A stretch of DNA of 64,000 nt from Vicinamibacterales bacterium (GTDB taxonomy: Bacteria > Acidobacteriota > Vicinamibacteria > Vicinamibacterales > 2-12-FULL-66-21). The first letter of the stretch is position 1. Each line of letters begins with the position of its first letter. Below the pieces are notes generated by a model. It made no database searches and was not told the origin of the DNA. It was given only the letters and a program-made list of their open reading frames with translations. The stretch spans positions 6,737-70,736 of the forward strand of contig DATJIW010000090.1 of NCBI GenBank assembly GCA_035492775.1. The letters are read 5' to 3'. Made by a program: the position numbers and the translations under genes. Shown here in pieces: positions 29,972-38,852 of this stretch.

Positions 29972-31456
29972 TCATCCAGCGCGCCACGCGACGCGCGCGG
30001 CGACCACGGCGACAGCCCACAGGGTCAGGGCCATTGCAACGGCAGCCAGCGGGCGGATCGCTCGCAGGTAAACGAGGTACAGCCACCAGAAATCGAGGCT
30101 GAACGACAGCTGCTGGGCGAAATCCCGATCGTCTGCGGTTGAGGTTGGGGCGACATGCGGAGGCTGCCGGAGACCTGTCAGATATGCGGTATTGGCCGGA
30201 ACCGCTCGCATAACGGCTGACGCGCCGAGCGCGAACGGCGACGAGGAGATACGCCAGTCGCGCGCGGACACGTCCTCGTGGGTATGCGTGCGTGCCCATT
30301 CGGTGCTCACTTTTGCGTAGTCCACGAGCACGCCTGGCAACTGCAACACCGCGGCGATGGCGCACGCGATCACGACGATCCTTCGACGATGACGTCCCGC
30401 GCCCCAGAGCGCGGCCGCGCCGGGCGCGAGGAGCACGAGCGCGGGCACGAGGTAGCGCGGTCCGTAGCCGCGGCCTCCGGGCCAGTCGGCAAGCGCGCCA
30501 TAAAAGGCATAAAAGATGACCAGTGGACCGGCGAGCAGCATCCCGGTCGATCGATTGAAGCGCCCGATCGCGAGTCCCATCACCCACACGATCGCGATCG
30601 GGGCGAAGAGCAGCAGCGATCCCGCCGGGGAGATCAGAAACGCCGCGTATCCGGCGCCGTCGAACTCCGGCGTATAACCAACCGCAAATGGAGACCCGAA
30701 CCGCACGAAGTTGTACCACCCCCAGAGGAGACCCCCGGCACACGTGATGCCGACGAGCGCTGCAATCTGCTGCGACGGTATTCGCGACCGTGACTCACGA
30801 GCGGACATGATGAGGAAGGCCGAAAGTGGCACGAGCGCGAGCGCCATCTCGTGTCGCGTCAACCATCCAAACGCGAGCACCGCACCGGCCGCGGCGGCAT
30901 ACCGGGGACGGTCGCGCACCTGACTCTCGACGACCAGCCGTGCGGCGGCAGCCAGAATCGCCGCCGTCAAGGCCGTAGAGAATCCGAACTTCGAATACGG
31001 CCACAGCGGCGATGAGATCGCGGCAGACAGCGCGGAGATCAACGCGCCGTGAGGACTCGCACCGAGCCGACGCGTCAGGCTCGCGATCAATACGACCGTG
31101 ATGGCCGCCGCGACGGCGCTCCCCATCGCGACGGCGGCCTTCAGCAGCGTATCCGGCTTGCCGATCGGATGAGGAAGAAGACGTGCGACCGTCCGTCCCG
31201 CGACGTAAAACGGAATGTTGTACAGCGACTGCCCGATGCCGTACTGCGAATAGAAGCGCCCGTCCACGCCCCGGTTCGCGTCGAGCCCGAGTACGTTTCC
31301 CGGCAGCGCGATCGAGTGGTGTTCGACGATGCTCGACGTCAGCGCGAACGTGGCGACCGCATCGGTCGACGTGAGGCTGCCCCCGGCTGTCAGGACGTAC
31401 AGCGCCAGGGCACTGCAGAATACCGGGAAGAGGGGTAGCGGCCGCGCTGACTGCAC
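29972..31456 (-). CDS. Polytopic membrane glycosyltransferase, ArnT/PMT-like (GT39/GT83-type)
   Basis: About 12 predicted TM helices. The N-terminal loop GSLTSTDAVATFALTSSIVE...FYSQYGIGQSL resembles lipid-carrier-dependent glycosyltransferases. Confidence 0.55.
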   Translation of the reverse strand: MQSARPLPLFPVFCSALALYVLTAGGSLTSTDAVATFALTSSIVEHHSIALPGNVLGLDANRGVDGRFYSQYGIGQSLYNIPFYVAGRTVARLLPHPIGKPDTLLKAAVAMGSAVAAAITVVLIASLTRRLGASPHGALISALSAAISSPLWPYSKFGFSTALTAAILAAAARLVVESQVRDRPRYAAAAGAVLAFGWLTRHEMALALVPLSAFLIMSARESRSRIPSQQIAALVGITCAGGLLWGWYNFVRFGSPFAVGYTPEFDGAGYAAFLISPAGSLLLFAPIAIVWVMGLAIGRFNRSTGMLLAGPLVIFYAFYGALADWPGGRGYGPRYLVPALVLLAPGAAALWGAGRHRRRIVVIACAIAAVLQLPGVLVDYAKVSTEWARTHTHEDVSARDWRISSSPFALGASAVMRAVPANTAYLTGLRQPPHVAPTSTADDRDFAQQLSFSLDFWWLYLVYLRAIRPLAAVAMALTLWAVAVVAARVAWRAG

Positions 31457-31468
31457 GCCAGACGCGTC

Positions 31469-32629
31469 CTATCGGCTCAGCCCGATGTGTTCCGCGATCA
31501 CCATCCGCTGCACTTCGGACGTGCCCTGATAGATTTCAGCGGCGCGTGCGTCCCTGAAGAGGCGTTCGACGACCGAGCCGCGCTGATAGCCGTGGGAGGC
31601 ATGGATCTGCATCGCGCGATCCGCGGCACGGTGCGCGGCTTCCGAGGCGCTGAGTTTCGCCATGGCGGCTTCGAGCGTCGGGCGTTCGCGCCGGCTGCGC
31701 GCGTCGGCTGCCTTGAGCGTGAGCATGCGCGCGGCGTCCAGTTCCGTCGCACTGTCGGCGAGCATCCACTGAATCGCCTGGAAGTTCGCGATGGGCTGCC
31801 CGAAGGCTTCGTGCTGCTTCGCGTGCGCGAGCGCCGCGTCCAGCGCCGCCTGTCCGACGCCGAGTGCCTGGGCCGCGATCGCGATCCGTCCACCGTCGAG
31901 GGCCCACATCGCGACATGGAAGCCGTCGCACGGCCCGCCGAGCAGGGAGTCCGCCGTCACCGACACGTTCGCGAGCTCGAGGTCGACGCAGCCCAGTCCT
32001 CGGACGCCGAGCGAATCGCCCGAACGCGCGCGAGTGATGCCGGGCGTGTCCATCGGCACGAGGAACGCGCCGATGCTGCGGCCCGCGTGCGAAGATGGGC
32101 GGCTCGCCGGCTGCGTCGCGGCGAAGACGATCACGACGTCGGCCGCTTCGCCGTTGGCGACCCAGATTTTCCGGCCGTTGAGCGTATAGCCGCGCTCGTC
32201 CAGCCGCGCGATCGTCTGCTGGTTGGCGGCGTCCGACCCGGCGTGCTCTTCTGAAAGCGCGAAGGCGCCAATCGACGCGCCCGTCGCGAGACGGCGAAGC
32301 CACGTCTGTTTCTGGGCGTCGCTGCCGAATTTTTCGATCGGCTCCGCGACGAGCGATGTGTTCACCGATGCGATCACCGCCATGACGGCGCTCGCGCGCG
32401 CGAGCGCTTCGAGGGCGAGCGCGTAGCTCACGTAGTCGCGTCCGCCGCCGCCCCACTCACGGGCGATCGTGACGCCCAACAGTCCGCGAGCTGCCAGCTC
32501 CTGCACGAGCGCGTGGGGAAAGGTGCCCGCCTCGTCGATACCCTTTGCGGCGGCCGCGACCTGCCCCGCCGCGAACCGCGCGATGTCTTCCTGGTACGCC
32601 GCCTGATCGTCCGTCAGCTCGAGCCGCAT
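31469..32629 (-). CDS. Acyl-CoA dehydrogenase
   Basis: ACAD pattern (GAFALSEEHAGSDA, ...WVANG..., AFGQPIANFQAIQWMLA, YQGTSEVQRMVIAEHI). Confidence 0.9.
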   Translation of the reverse strand: MRLELTDDQAAYQEDIARFAAGQVAAAAKGIDEAGTFPHALVQELAARGLLGVTIAREWGGGGRDYVSYALALEALARASAVMAVIASVNTSLVAEPIEKFGSDAQKQTWLRRLATGASIGAFALSEEHAGSDAANQQTIARLDERGYTLNGRKIWVANGEAADVVIVFAATQPASRPSSHAGRSIGAFLVPMDTPGITRARSGDSLGVRGLGCVDLELANVSVTADSLLGGPCDGFHVAMWALDGGRIAIAAQALGVGQAALDAALAHAKQHEAFGQPIANFQAIQWMLADSATELDAARMLTLKAADARSRRERPTLEAAMAKLSASEAAHRAADRAMQIHASHGYQRGSVVERLFRDARAAEIYQGTSEVQRMVIAEHIGLSR

Positions 32630-32711
32630 GTCGCGTCCAGCGTACCTCAGGTCCGGCCGGTCTCGATTGCCCCTGCCGGCGCCGTGGAACCGGACGGCCG
32701 CCGAACGCGTA

Positions 32712-32740
32712 TTGGCAATAATTACTAGTTTGTATATATT
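32712..32740 (+). promoter_or_regulatory. Sigma-70-like promoter of the PadR-ADOP operon (TTGGCA-17 nt-TATATT), -10 box 8 nt from ATG
   Basis: ttggca ataattactagtttgta tatatt ctgagacc ATG. This is the only AT-rich island in a GC-rich neighbourhood. Confidence 0.5.
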
Positions 32741-32748
32741 CTGAGACC

Positions 32749-33084
32749 ATGGCCAAGGGCGACTTCGTCGGCGACTTCGAACTGCTCGTGCTCCTCGCGA
32801 TTGCGCATGCAGGCGACGAAGCGTACGGGCTGGCGATCCAGCAGCAAATCGAACAGCGCACCGGCCGAATCGTCGCGATCGGCGCGGTCCACGCGACGCT
32901 CGGGCGCCTCGCCGACAAAGGGCTCGTCCGGTACCGCGTTTCGGAGCCGCAGCCCATCCCCGGCGGCAAGCGGCGCAAATTCTATCGGCTGTGTCCCGCC
33001 GGCGTGCGCGCGATCCGGCACTCGACCGGCATGCTCGCCCGCATGCTGAATGGACTCTCCCCGGATTTGACGGAGCCGCAATGA
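32749..33084 (+). CDS. PadR family transcriptional regulator
   Basis: FELLVLLAIAHAGDEAYGLAIQQQIEQRTGRIVAIGAVHATLGRLADKGLV winged-helix PadR signature. Confidence 0.85.
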   Translation: MAKGDFVGDFELLVLLAIAHAGDEAYGLAIQQQIEQRTGRIVAIGAVHATLGRLADKGLVRYRVSEPQPIPGGKRRKFYRLCPAGVRAIRHSTGMLARMLNGLSPDLTEPQ

Positions 33085-35726
33085 GCCCCGCGCCCGTGCT
33101 CCCGCGAATCGCGGCGGCGCTGCTGTGGCTCGCCTCACCGCCCGACGACCGGCCGTCGGTGCTCGCAGACTTCGAAGACGCGTACGCCGAACAGCGTCAC
33201 GCGGGACGAGGGGCGGCACTCTGCTGGTGTGCGATTCAAGTCGCGCTGTCGATCCCGCCGTTGCTCGTCCGGCGCCTCCGCGTTACGCGGACGCCGCGCA
33301 CGCAAGGAGCCAGTATGGCCGCCACGTTTCTGACCGATGTCCGGTATGCTGCGCGTCTCGCGCGTCGCGCGCCGCTCGTTGCGCTCTCCACCATTGCCGC
33401 GATCGCCGGAGGCATAGCCGCCGCAACTGCGGTCGTCAGCGTAATGGAGAGCGTGTTTCTCCGGCCGCTGCCGTTCGCGCGGCCGGACGAACTCGTTCAG
33501 CTCAGCACCATCATCGAGCGGTTCGGAAGCGCGGCGGAACTGAACTACCTCGACGCAGACGACATCCGAAGCCAGGCCGCGACGCTCGACGGTGTGGCGC
33601 AGTACGACGCCGGCGCGGGAACCCTGCGGGTGCACGCCGGCGAGCCGGCGCAATCGGTCACGGTGCTCTCCGTCGATCGGCACCTCGCCAGCGTCCTCCG
33701 CGTAGCACCCGCACTCGGCCGCAGCTTCGAATCCGCCGAGTTCGTGGATGGCGGACCCGATGTCGTGATGCTGACGAACCGCTTCTGGCGCGAGCGCTTC
33801 GGCGGCGATCCCGCCATCGTCGGAGCGTCGCTCGAAATGGGCTCCGGCCCCGCGATGATCGTCGGCGTCCTTCCGCCGGCGGCGGACTGGTTTCCATCAG
33901 GCGGCAGCGATCTCTGGACTCCCCTGACGTTCCCCGCGACTTCCTTTCTCAACCAGCGCGGCTCGATCGCGCTGAGCGCGATCGGACGGCTGCATCAGGG
34001 GGCGACCCTGGACTCGGCGCAGGCGGAGCTGGGCACGATCGCGCGGCGTCTCGCCACCGCGTACCCGGAGACGAACGCCGCGCGGCGCTTCGGCGTGTCC
34101 AACCTGCAGCGCGCGATGGTGGGTCCGGTTCGTCCCATGATGCTGCTCCTCGCGGGCGCGATTGCGGCGCTGCTGGCGATCGCGTGCGCCAACATTGCGA
34201 GCCTGCTCCTCGCGCACGCCCACGAGCGCGCCGGGGAGTTCGCGCTGCGCGCGGCGATCGGCGCGAGCCACGGGCGTCTGGCGCGCCAGCTCTGGACGGA
34301 AACACTGCTGCTCTTCAGCGCCGCCGGCGGACTGGGCGCGATCCTGGCAGGTCCGCTTGCGCGAATCCTCGTCGCGCGCTATCCGGGAACGCTGCCGCTC
34401 TCGAGCGACGTAAGCCTTGACGTGCGAGTGATGACGGCCTCGCTGCTGCTGACGCTCGCGGCGGCCTTTACTGCCGGACTGCCGACGATTCGTCGCAGCC
34501 GCCAATGGCGGATTGGCGCAGCGCTGGCCCGTACGGCGCGGGGGTCGTCAGGACGATCGACGCGCCGCGGGACTGGCCTGTTCGTGTCTGCGCAGGTCGC
34601 ACTCTCGATCGTCCTGCTCTTCGGGGGGTTCGTGCTCCTGCGCACGTTCACCAGCATGGCATCCGTGGCGCCTGGATTCGATCCGGACGGAGTCGTCACC
34701 ATCCGCGCGACAATTCCCGCGCGGCAGCGCGAGGATGCGCAGCGGATGGTTGCCGTCCAGGACCAGCTCCGTGACGCGGCGGCCTCTTTGCCCGGCGTCG
34801 CGGGCGCGGCGCACGCGATGTTCATCCCCTTCGCGCCAGGCTCCTGGGGAGACGGCTACCGCCGCGCCGGCTCGTCGGACGCGATCGGCCCGAACGGTCC
34901 CTTCGCCCACTTCTTCATGGTCAGCCCCGAATACTTCCGGGTCATGCATGTTCCGATCGTTCGCGGCCGTCCGCTCACAGCTGCGGACGACGAGGGTGGC
35001 CGGCGCGTAGTGGTCGTGAACCAGAGCTTCGCTCTGCGCACGTTTCCCGACCGAGACGCGATCGGCGGCCGGATCGACTGGAACGACGACGTGTGGGAGA
35101 TCGTCGGGATCGCGGGCAACGCGCGGCACGAGAGCCTCTGGGACGATTTCGATCCTGATGTGTACGTGCCGCGGCACCAGGTACCGCGCGGCAACACGTG
35201 GCTGCTGATTGCCAGCGCGAGGCCGGCATCGGCGCTCGTGGCCGAACTGCAGCAGCGGGCGCGCGCGATCGACCCGGCGATACTGCTGTCGGACGCGGAA
35301 CCGATGCGGCAGCGGCTCGCGGACAGCGCCGCACCCGAGCGCTTCCGTGCGGCGATCACCTCGACGCTGGCGCTGATCGCGCTGGGTCTTGCACTGGTCG
35401 GGCTGAACGGTGTCGTTGCCTACAGTGTCGTGACGCGGACGAAAGAGATCGGCATCCGGCTGGCGCTCGGCGAGCGGCCCGCCGCCGTGCGCCGCGGGGT
35501 TGTGGGTGACGCGCTACGCGCGCTGGCCGGGGGACTCATCCCCGGCACGATCGCATCATGGATCGTCGGCCGATGGCTCGTGTCCGCGTCGCTTGTGCGG
35601 ACGGACCTGCGGCTCGCGCTGGCGGCGGTAGCGTGCGCGTTCGTAGTTGCGGGAGCGGCGGTAGCCGCCGGTCCCGCGTGGCGCGCAAGCCGGGTCGATC
35701 CGGTGGACGCCTTGCGCCACGATTAG
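33081..35726 (+). CDS. ADOP family duplicated MacB/FtsX-like permease (TIGR03434-like)
   Basis: ATG 33081 overlaps the PadR stop (ATGA). N-terminal PadR-associated segment, then two MacB_PCD + FtsX-type 4-TM modules (...VGLNGVVAYSVVTRTKEIGIRLALGE...). Confidence 0.85.
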   Translation: MSPAPVLPRIAAALLWLASPPDDRPSVLADFEDAYAEQRHAGRGAALCWCAIQVALSIPPLLVRRLRVTRTPRTQGASMAATFLTDVRYAARLARRAPLVALSTIAAIAGGIAAATAVVSVMESVFLRPLPFARPDELVQLSTIIERFGSAAELNYLDADDIRSQAATLDGVAQYDAGAGTLRVHAGEPAQSVTVLSVDRHLASVLRVAPALGRSFESAEFVDGGPDVVMLTNRFWRERFGGDPAIVGASLEMGSGPAMIVGVLPPAADWFPSGGSDLWTPLTFPATSFLNQRGSIALSAIGRLHQGATLDSAQAELGTIARRLATAYPETNAARRFGVSNLQRAMVGPVRPMMLLLAGAIAALLAIACANIASLLLAHAHERAGEFALRAAIGASHGRLARQLWTETLLLFSAAGGLGAILAGPLARILVARYPGTLPLSSDVSLDVRVMTASLLLTLAAAFTAGLPTIRRSRQWRIGAALARTARGSSGRSTRRGTGLFVSAQVALSIVLLFGGFVLLRTFTSMASVAPGFDPDGVVTIRATIPARQREDAQRMVAVQDQLRDAAASLPGVAGAAHAMFIPFAPGSWGDGYRRAGSSDAIGPNGPFAHFFMVSPEYFRVMHVPIVRGRPLTAADDEGGRRVVVVNQSFALRTFPDRDAIGGRIDWNDDVWEIVGIAGNARHESLWDDFDPDVYVPRHQVPRGNTWLLIASARPASALVAELQQRARAIDPAILLSDAEPMRQRLADSAAPERFRAAITSTLALIALGLALVGLNGVVAYSVVTRTKEIGIRLALGERPAAVRRGVVGDALRALAGGLIPGTIASWIVGRWLVSASLVRTDLRLALAAVACAFVVAGAAVAAGPAWRASRVDPVDALRHD

Positions 35727-35767
35727 CGCCGCCGCTTTCGACGAAAGTGATCCCGGTGGCGCGGCAA

Positions 35768-36259
35768 TCAGCTGCGCGCCAGCCGTTCAAAAATCGGTCG
35801 CAGACGATCGGCCGTCGCGGGCAGTTCCTCGGCGAGGACGCGCGTGCGGCCGACGACCGTCATGAAGTTGGTGTCGCCGTTCCAGCGCGGCACGACGTGC
35901 ATGTGCACGTGATCGAGGATCCCCGCACCAGCGGGCTTTCCCACATTGATCCCCATATTCAACCCGTGCGGATGATAGGCCTCGGCGAGCGCGATCTCGC
36001 TTCGGCGCGCGAGCTCGATCATCTCCGACAGCTCCTGCGGCGTGGCTGCCGCCAGCGAGGCGATGTGCCGGCTGGGGATCACCATGAGGTGACCGTTGTT
36101 GTACGGGAACAGATTCAGGATGATGAAGCAGGTGTCGCCGCGAAAGACGATGAGGGGTGCGGCGTCCGGATCGGTCAACGCCTGACAGAAGACGCAGCTC
36201 GCGTCAGCACGTTCGCCCGTGATGTACGCGAGCCGCCACGGACTCCAGAGATGATCCAT
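35768..36259 (-). CDS. HIT family (histidine triad) protein
   Basis: HVHMHVVPR histidine-triad motif and conserved CVFC region. Confidence 0.85.
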   Translation of the reverse strand: MDHLWSPWRLAYITGERADASCVFCQALTDPDAAPLIVFRGDTCFIILNLFPYNNGHLMVIPSRHIASLAAATPQELSEMIELARRSEIALAEAYHPHGLNMGINVGKPAGAGILDHVHMHVVPRWNGDTNFMTVVGRTRVLAEELPATADRLRPIFERLARS

Positions 36260-36266
36260 TCACTGT

Positions 36267-36296
36267 GCTGAATGCCGAATGCCGGAGGCATTCAGC
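36267..36296 (-). terminator. Hairpin after the IHF/HU gene (10-bp stem GCTGAATGCC/GGCATTCAGC, 10-nt loop), no U-tract
   Basis: gctgaatgcc gaatgccgga ggcattcagc. The loop repeats the heptamer GAATGCC. Confidence 0.35.
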
Positions 36297-36303
36297 ATGT
36301 CGA

Positions 36304-36663
36304 TCAGACGCCGGCGATGTCCGACCCGCTCAGCGCCGCGGGCGGGGTTTGAGGCGCCTGCGGCGTCTCTTCCTCCCGGTTGATCAGCTCCTTCAGCTCC
36401 TTGCCGGGTTTGAAGTACGGCACCTTCTTCGGCGGGACGTCCACCTTGTCCCCCGTTTTCGGATTGCGCCCCTTTCGCGGCTCCCGCCGGCGCAGGCGGA
36501 AGCTCCCGAATCCACGCAGCTCGATCTTCTCGCCGCGATGAAGCGCATCGATGATGCTCTTGAAAACCGTATCGACGATGACCTCGGAGTGCTTCTTGGT
36601 CAGATCGGAAACGCGCGAGACTTCCTCGACGAGTTCCGCCTTCGTCATGCTGCCGGTGTTCAT
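36304..36663 (-). CDS. Integration host factor / HU family DNA-binding protein
   Basis: MTKAELVEEVSRVSDLTKKHSEVIVDTVFKSIIDALHRGEKIELRGFGSFRLRRREPRKGRNPKTGDKVDVPPKKVPYFKPGKELK is a complete IHF/HU fold signature. ATG 36663; upstream listed codons are repeat-encoded. Confidence 0.85.
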   Translation of the reverse strand: MNTGSMTKAELVEEVSRVSDLTKKHSEVIVDTVFKSIIDALHRGEKIELRGFGSFRLRRREPRKGRNPKTGDKVDVPPKKVPYFKPGKELKELINREEETPQAPQTPPAALSGSDIAGV

Positions 36664-36698
36664 AGTCGCTCCCGTTGGAGGCTCGGGTGGTCGTTGCT

Positions 36699-36925
36699 TG
36701 GTGCGCCGTGCTCCGTGCTCCGTGCTCTGTGCTAGTGCGCCGTGCTCGGTGCCAGTGCTCCGGTGCCAGTGCTCCGTGCTCGTGCACCGGGACTCAGCAC
36801 TCCGGACGGAGCACCGAGCACCAAGCACCGAGCACCCGGATCGGGCACCCCGGACGGAGCACCGAGCACCAAGCACCCGGATTGGCACCCCGGACGGAGC
36901 ACCGAGCACCGCGCACCGAGCACCG
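36699..36925. repeat. Large imperfect palindrome built from heptamers: (GTGCTCN)n left arm, (GAGCACC)n right arm with about 47-nt higher-order repeats
   Basis: Left arm 36699-36788 gtgctcc gtgctcc gtgctct.... Right arm 36802-36925 has ccggacggagcaccgagcaccaagcacc...cggat(c/t)gg(g)cacc repeated 2.7 times. Confidence 0.9.
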
Positions 36926-36958
36926 CATCAGCAGTGGCGCGAAGCGCTACTGCTGATG
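36926..36958 (-). terminator. 15-bp stem / 3-nt loop hairpin that contains the rpsA stop codon; no U-tract
   Basis: catcagcagtGGCGCgaaGCGCtactgctgatg. The rpsA TAG is at 36947-36949, inside the descending arm. Confidence 0.4.
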
Positions 36959-38716
36959 TTTGAAGTGGTCGCCCAGCGTCACTTCGGGACGGCCCGCCGT
37001 TTCCGTGTAGGCCTCCCAGTCCGCGCGGAACTCATCGTTCTTCAGCGCACGGATGCTCAAGCCGATCTTCCGCTCTCCCGGGATCAGCTTGATGATCTTC
37101 ATCTGGTACGTCTCGCCGACCTGCAGATCGAGCTTGTCTTCCTTGCCCTTCTGGTGCGAGTCGTCGAACTCCGAGACGTGAATCAGCCCTTCGATCCCCT
37201 CGGCCAGCTCGACAAACGCGCCGAAGCTGGTCATCCGAACGACCTTGCCTTCCACGAGGTCGCCGACGTGGTGCTGGGTGAAGAACTCATCCCAGATATC
37301 GGTCTGCAGCTGCTTCAGGCCCAGTGACAGGCGCTGATTCTCAGCGTCGATGTTGAGCACCATCGCCTGGACGGCATCGCCCTTCTTCAACACCTCCGAC
37401 GGGTGCTTCAGGCGCTTGCTCCACGACATGTCCGAAATGTGGATCAGTCCGTCGATGCCTTCTTCCACCTCGACGAACGCGCCGAACTCGGTGAGGTTGC
37501 GCACCTTGCCCGTGATCGTGGTGCCGATCGGATACTTCTCCGACAGCTCATGCCACGGGTTGCTCTCGACCTGCTTGAGACCGAGCGAGATGCGGCGCGC
37601 ACCCGGATCCACGCCGAGGACCATCGTCTCGACGGTGTCGCCGACGTTGAGGATCTTGGACGGGTGCTTGACGCGCTTGCTCCACGACATCTCGCTGACG
37701 TGGATCAATCCCTCGACGCCGGGCTCCAGCTCGACGAACGCGCCGTAGTCGGTCAGGCTGACGACCTTGCCGGTGAGACGCGCGCCGACCGGGTACCGCT
37801 CGATGACGTTCGACCACGGGTCGTTCATCAGCTGCTTGTGACCGAGCGAGACGCGTTCGGTCGCGGCGTCGTACTTCAGCACGATGACGTCAATTTCCTG
37901 GTTGACCTGGAACAGCTCCGACGGATGCGTCACGCGGCCCCACGACATGTCCGTGATGTGCAGCAGACCGTCGATGCCGCCGAGATCGATGAAGGCCCCG
38001 TAGTCGGTGATGTTCTTGACGACGCCGCGGAGGACCTTCCCCTCGGCGAGTGTGTCGAGCGTGTGCTTCTTCTTCTCGGCGTTCTCCTCTTCGAGGAGCA
38101 CCTTGCGGGACAGCACGATGTTGCCGCGCTTCTTGTTGACCTTGATGACGCGCATGCGCAGTTCCTGCCCGCGCAGGGCATCCAGGTTCCTGACGGGACG
38201 CACGTCGATCTGCGAGCCGGGGAGAAACGCGCGAACGCCGATGTCGACCGCGAGTCCGCCCTTGATGCGCTCGATGACGCGACCGATGACGACCTTCCGC
38301 TCGGCGTAGGCCTTCTCGACCTCGTCCCAGATCTTCATCTTTTCCGCTTTTTCGCGGGAGAGAACGACGTAGCCTTCGCGGTCCTCGGTACGCTCGAGCA
38401 GCACATCGACCGTGTCGCCCGGCTGAACGGTGACCTGCCCGTTCTCGTCCACGAACTCGTCGATGGCAATGAGCCCTTCGGACTTGTAGCCGACGTCGAC
38501 GATGACTTCGGACGGCGTAACCTTCAGCACCGTCCCCTTCACGACCTCGCCTTCCGCGATGTTGCGGAAGCTGTTATCGTAAAGGTCCAGAAGGCGCGCG
38601 TATTCCTGCGGATCGACCTGATCGTCCAGCGGGGAGAAGCCCGTTGAAGTACCGGCGGCTCCAGTCGTCGCACCTCCTTGTGTTGTGATGTTCTTTGTAT
38701 CTTCTGCTTGCGCCAT
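36947..38716 (-). CDS. rpsA: 30S ribosomal protein S1
   Basis: Six S1 (OB-fold) repeats (e.g. GxVxxVxxxGAFVEL/DLG motifs). ATG 38716 (MAQAEDTK) is preceded by SD GGAGGA. Confidence 0.9.
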   Translation of the reverse strand: MAQAEDTKNITTQGGATTGAAGTSTGFSPLDDQVDPQEYARLLDLYDNSFRNIAEGEVVKGTVLKVTPSEVIVDVGYKSEGLIAIDEFVDENGQVTVQPGDTVDVLLERTEDREGYVVLSREKAEKMKIWDEVEKAYAERKVVIGRVIERIKGGLAVDIGVRAFLPGSQIDVRPVRNLDALRGQELRMRVIKVNKKRGNIVLSRKVLLEEENAEKKKHTLDTLAEGKVLRGVVKNITDYGAFIDLGGIDGLLHITDMSWGRVTHPSELFQVNQEIDVIVLKYDAATERVSLGHKQLMNDPWSNVIERYPVGARLTGKVVSLTDYGAFVELEPGVEGLIHVSEMSWSKRVKHPSKILNVGDTVETMVLGVDPGARRISLGLKQVESNPWHELSEKYPIGTTITGKVRNLTEFGAFVEVEEGIDGLIHISDMSWSKRLKHPSEVLKKGDAVQAMVLNIDAENQRLSLGLKQLQTDIWDEFFTQHHVGDLVEGKVVRMTSFGAFVELAEGIEGLIHVSEFDDSHQKGKEDKLDLQVGETYQMKIIKLIPGERKIGLSIRALKNDEFRADWEAYTETAGRPEVTLGDHFKHQQ

Positions 38717-38805
38717 GCTCAGCGGGTCCTCCTGCACGTACTTGCCGGGATCTCAGCTCCGGCGGGCTGTAGTGTGTTCATCGCTCGAGTTGCGATAAGC
38801 AATAG

Positions 38806-38834
38806 ATTATCTATCACTTACGGGCACGCGTCAA
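38806..38834 (-). promoter_or_regulatory. Candidate rpsA promoter TTGACG-17 nt-GATAAT
   Basis: Minus strand reads TTGACGcgtgcccgtaagtgataGATAAT, about 90 nt upstream of the rpsA start. Confidence 0.4.
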
Positions 38835-38852
38835 GTCGAAAGGACGAGCGAC

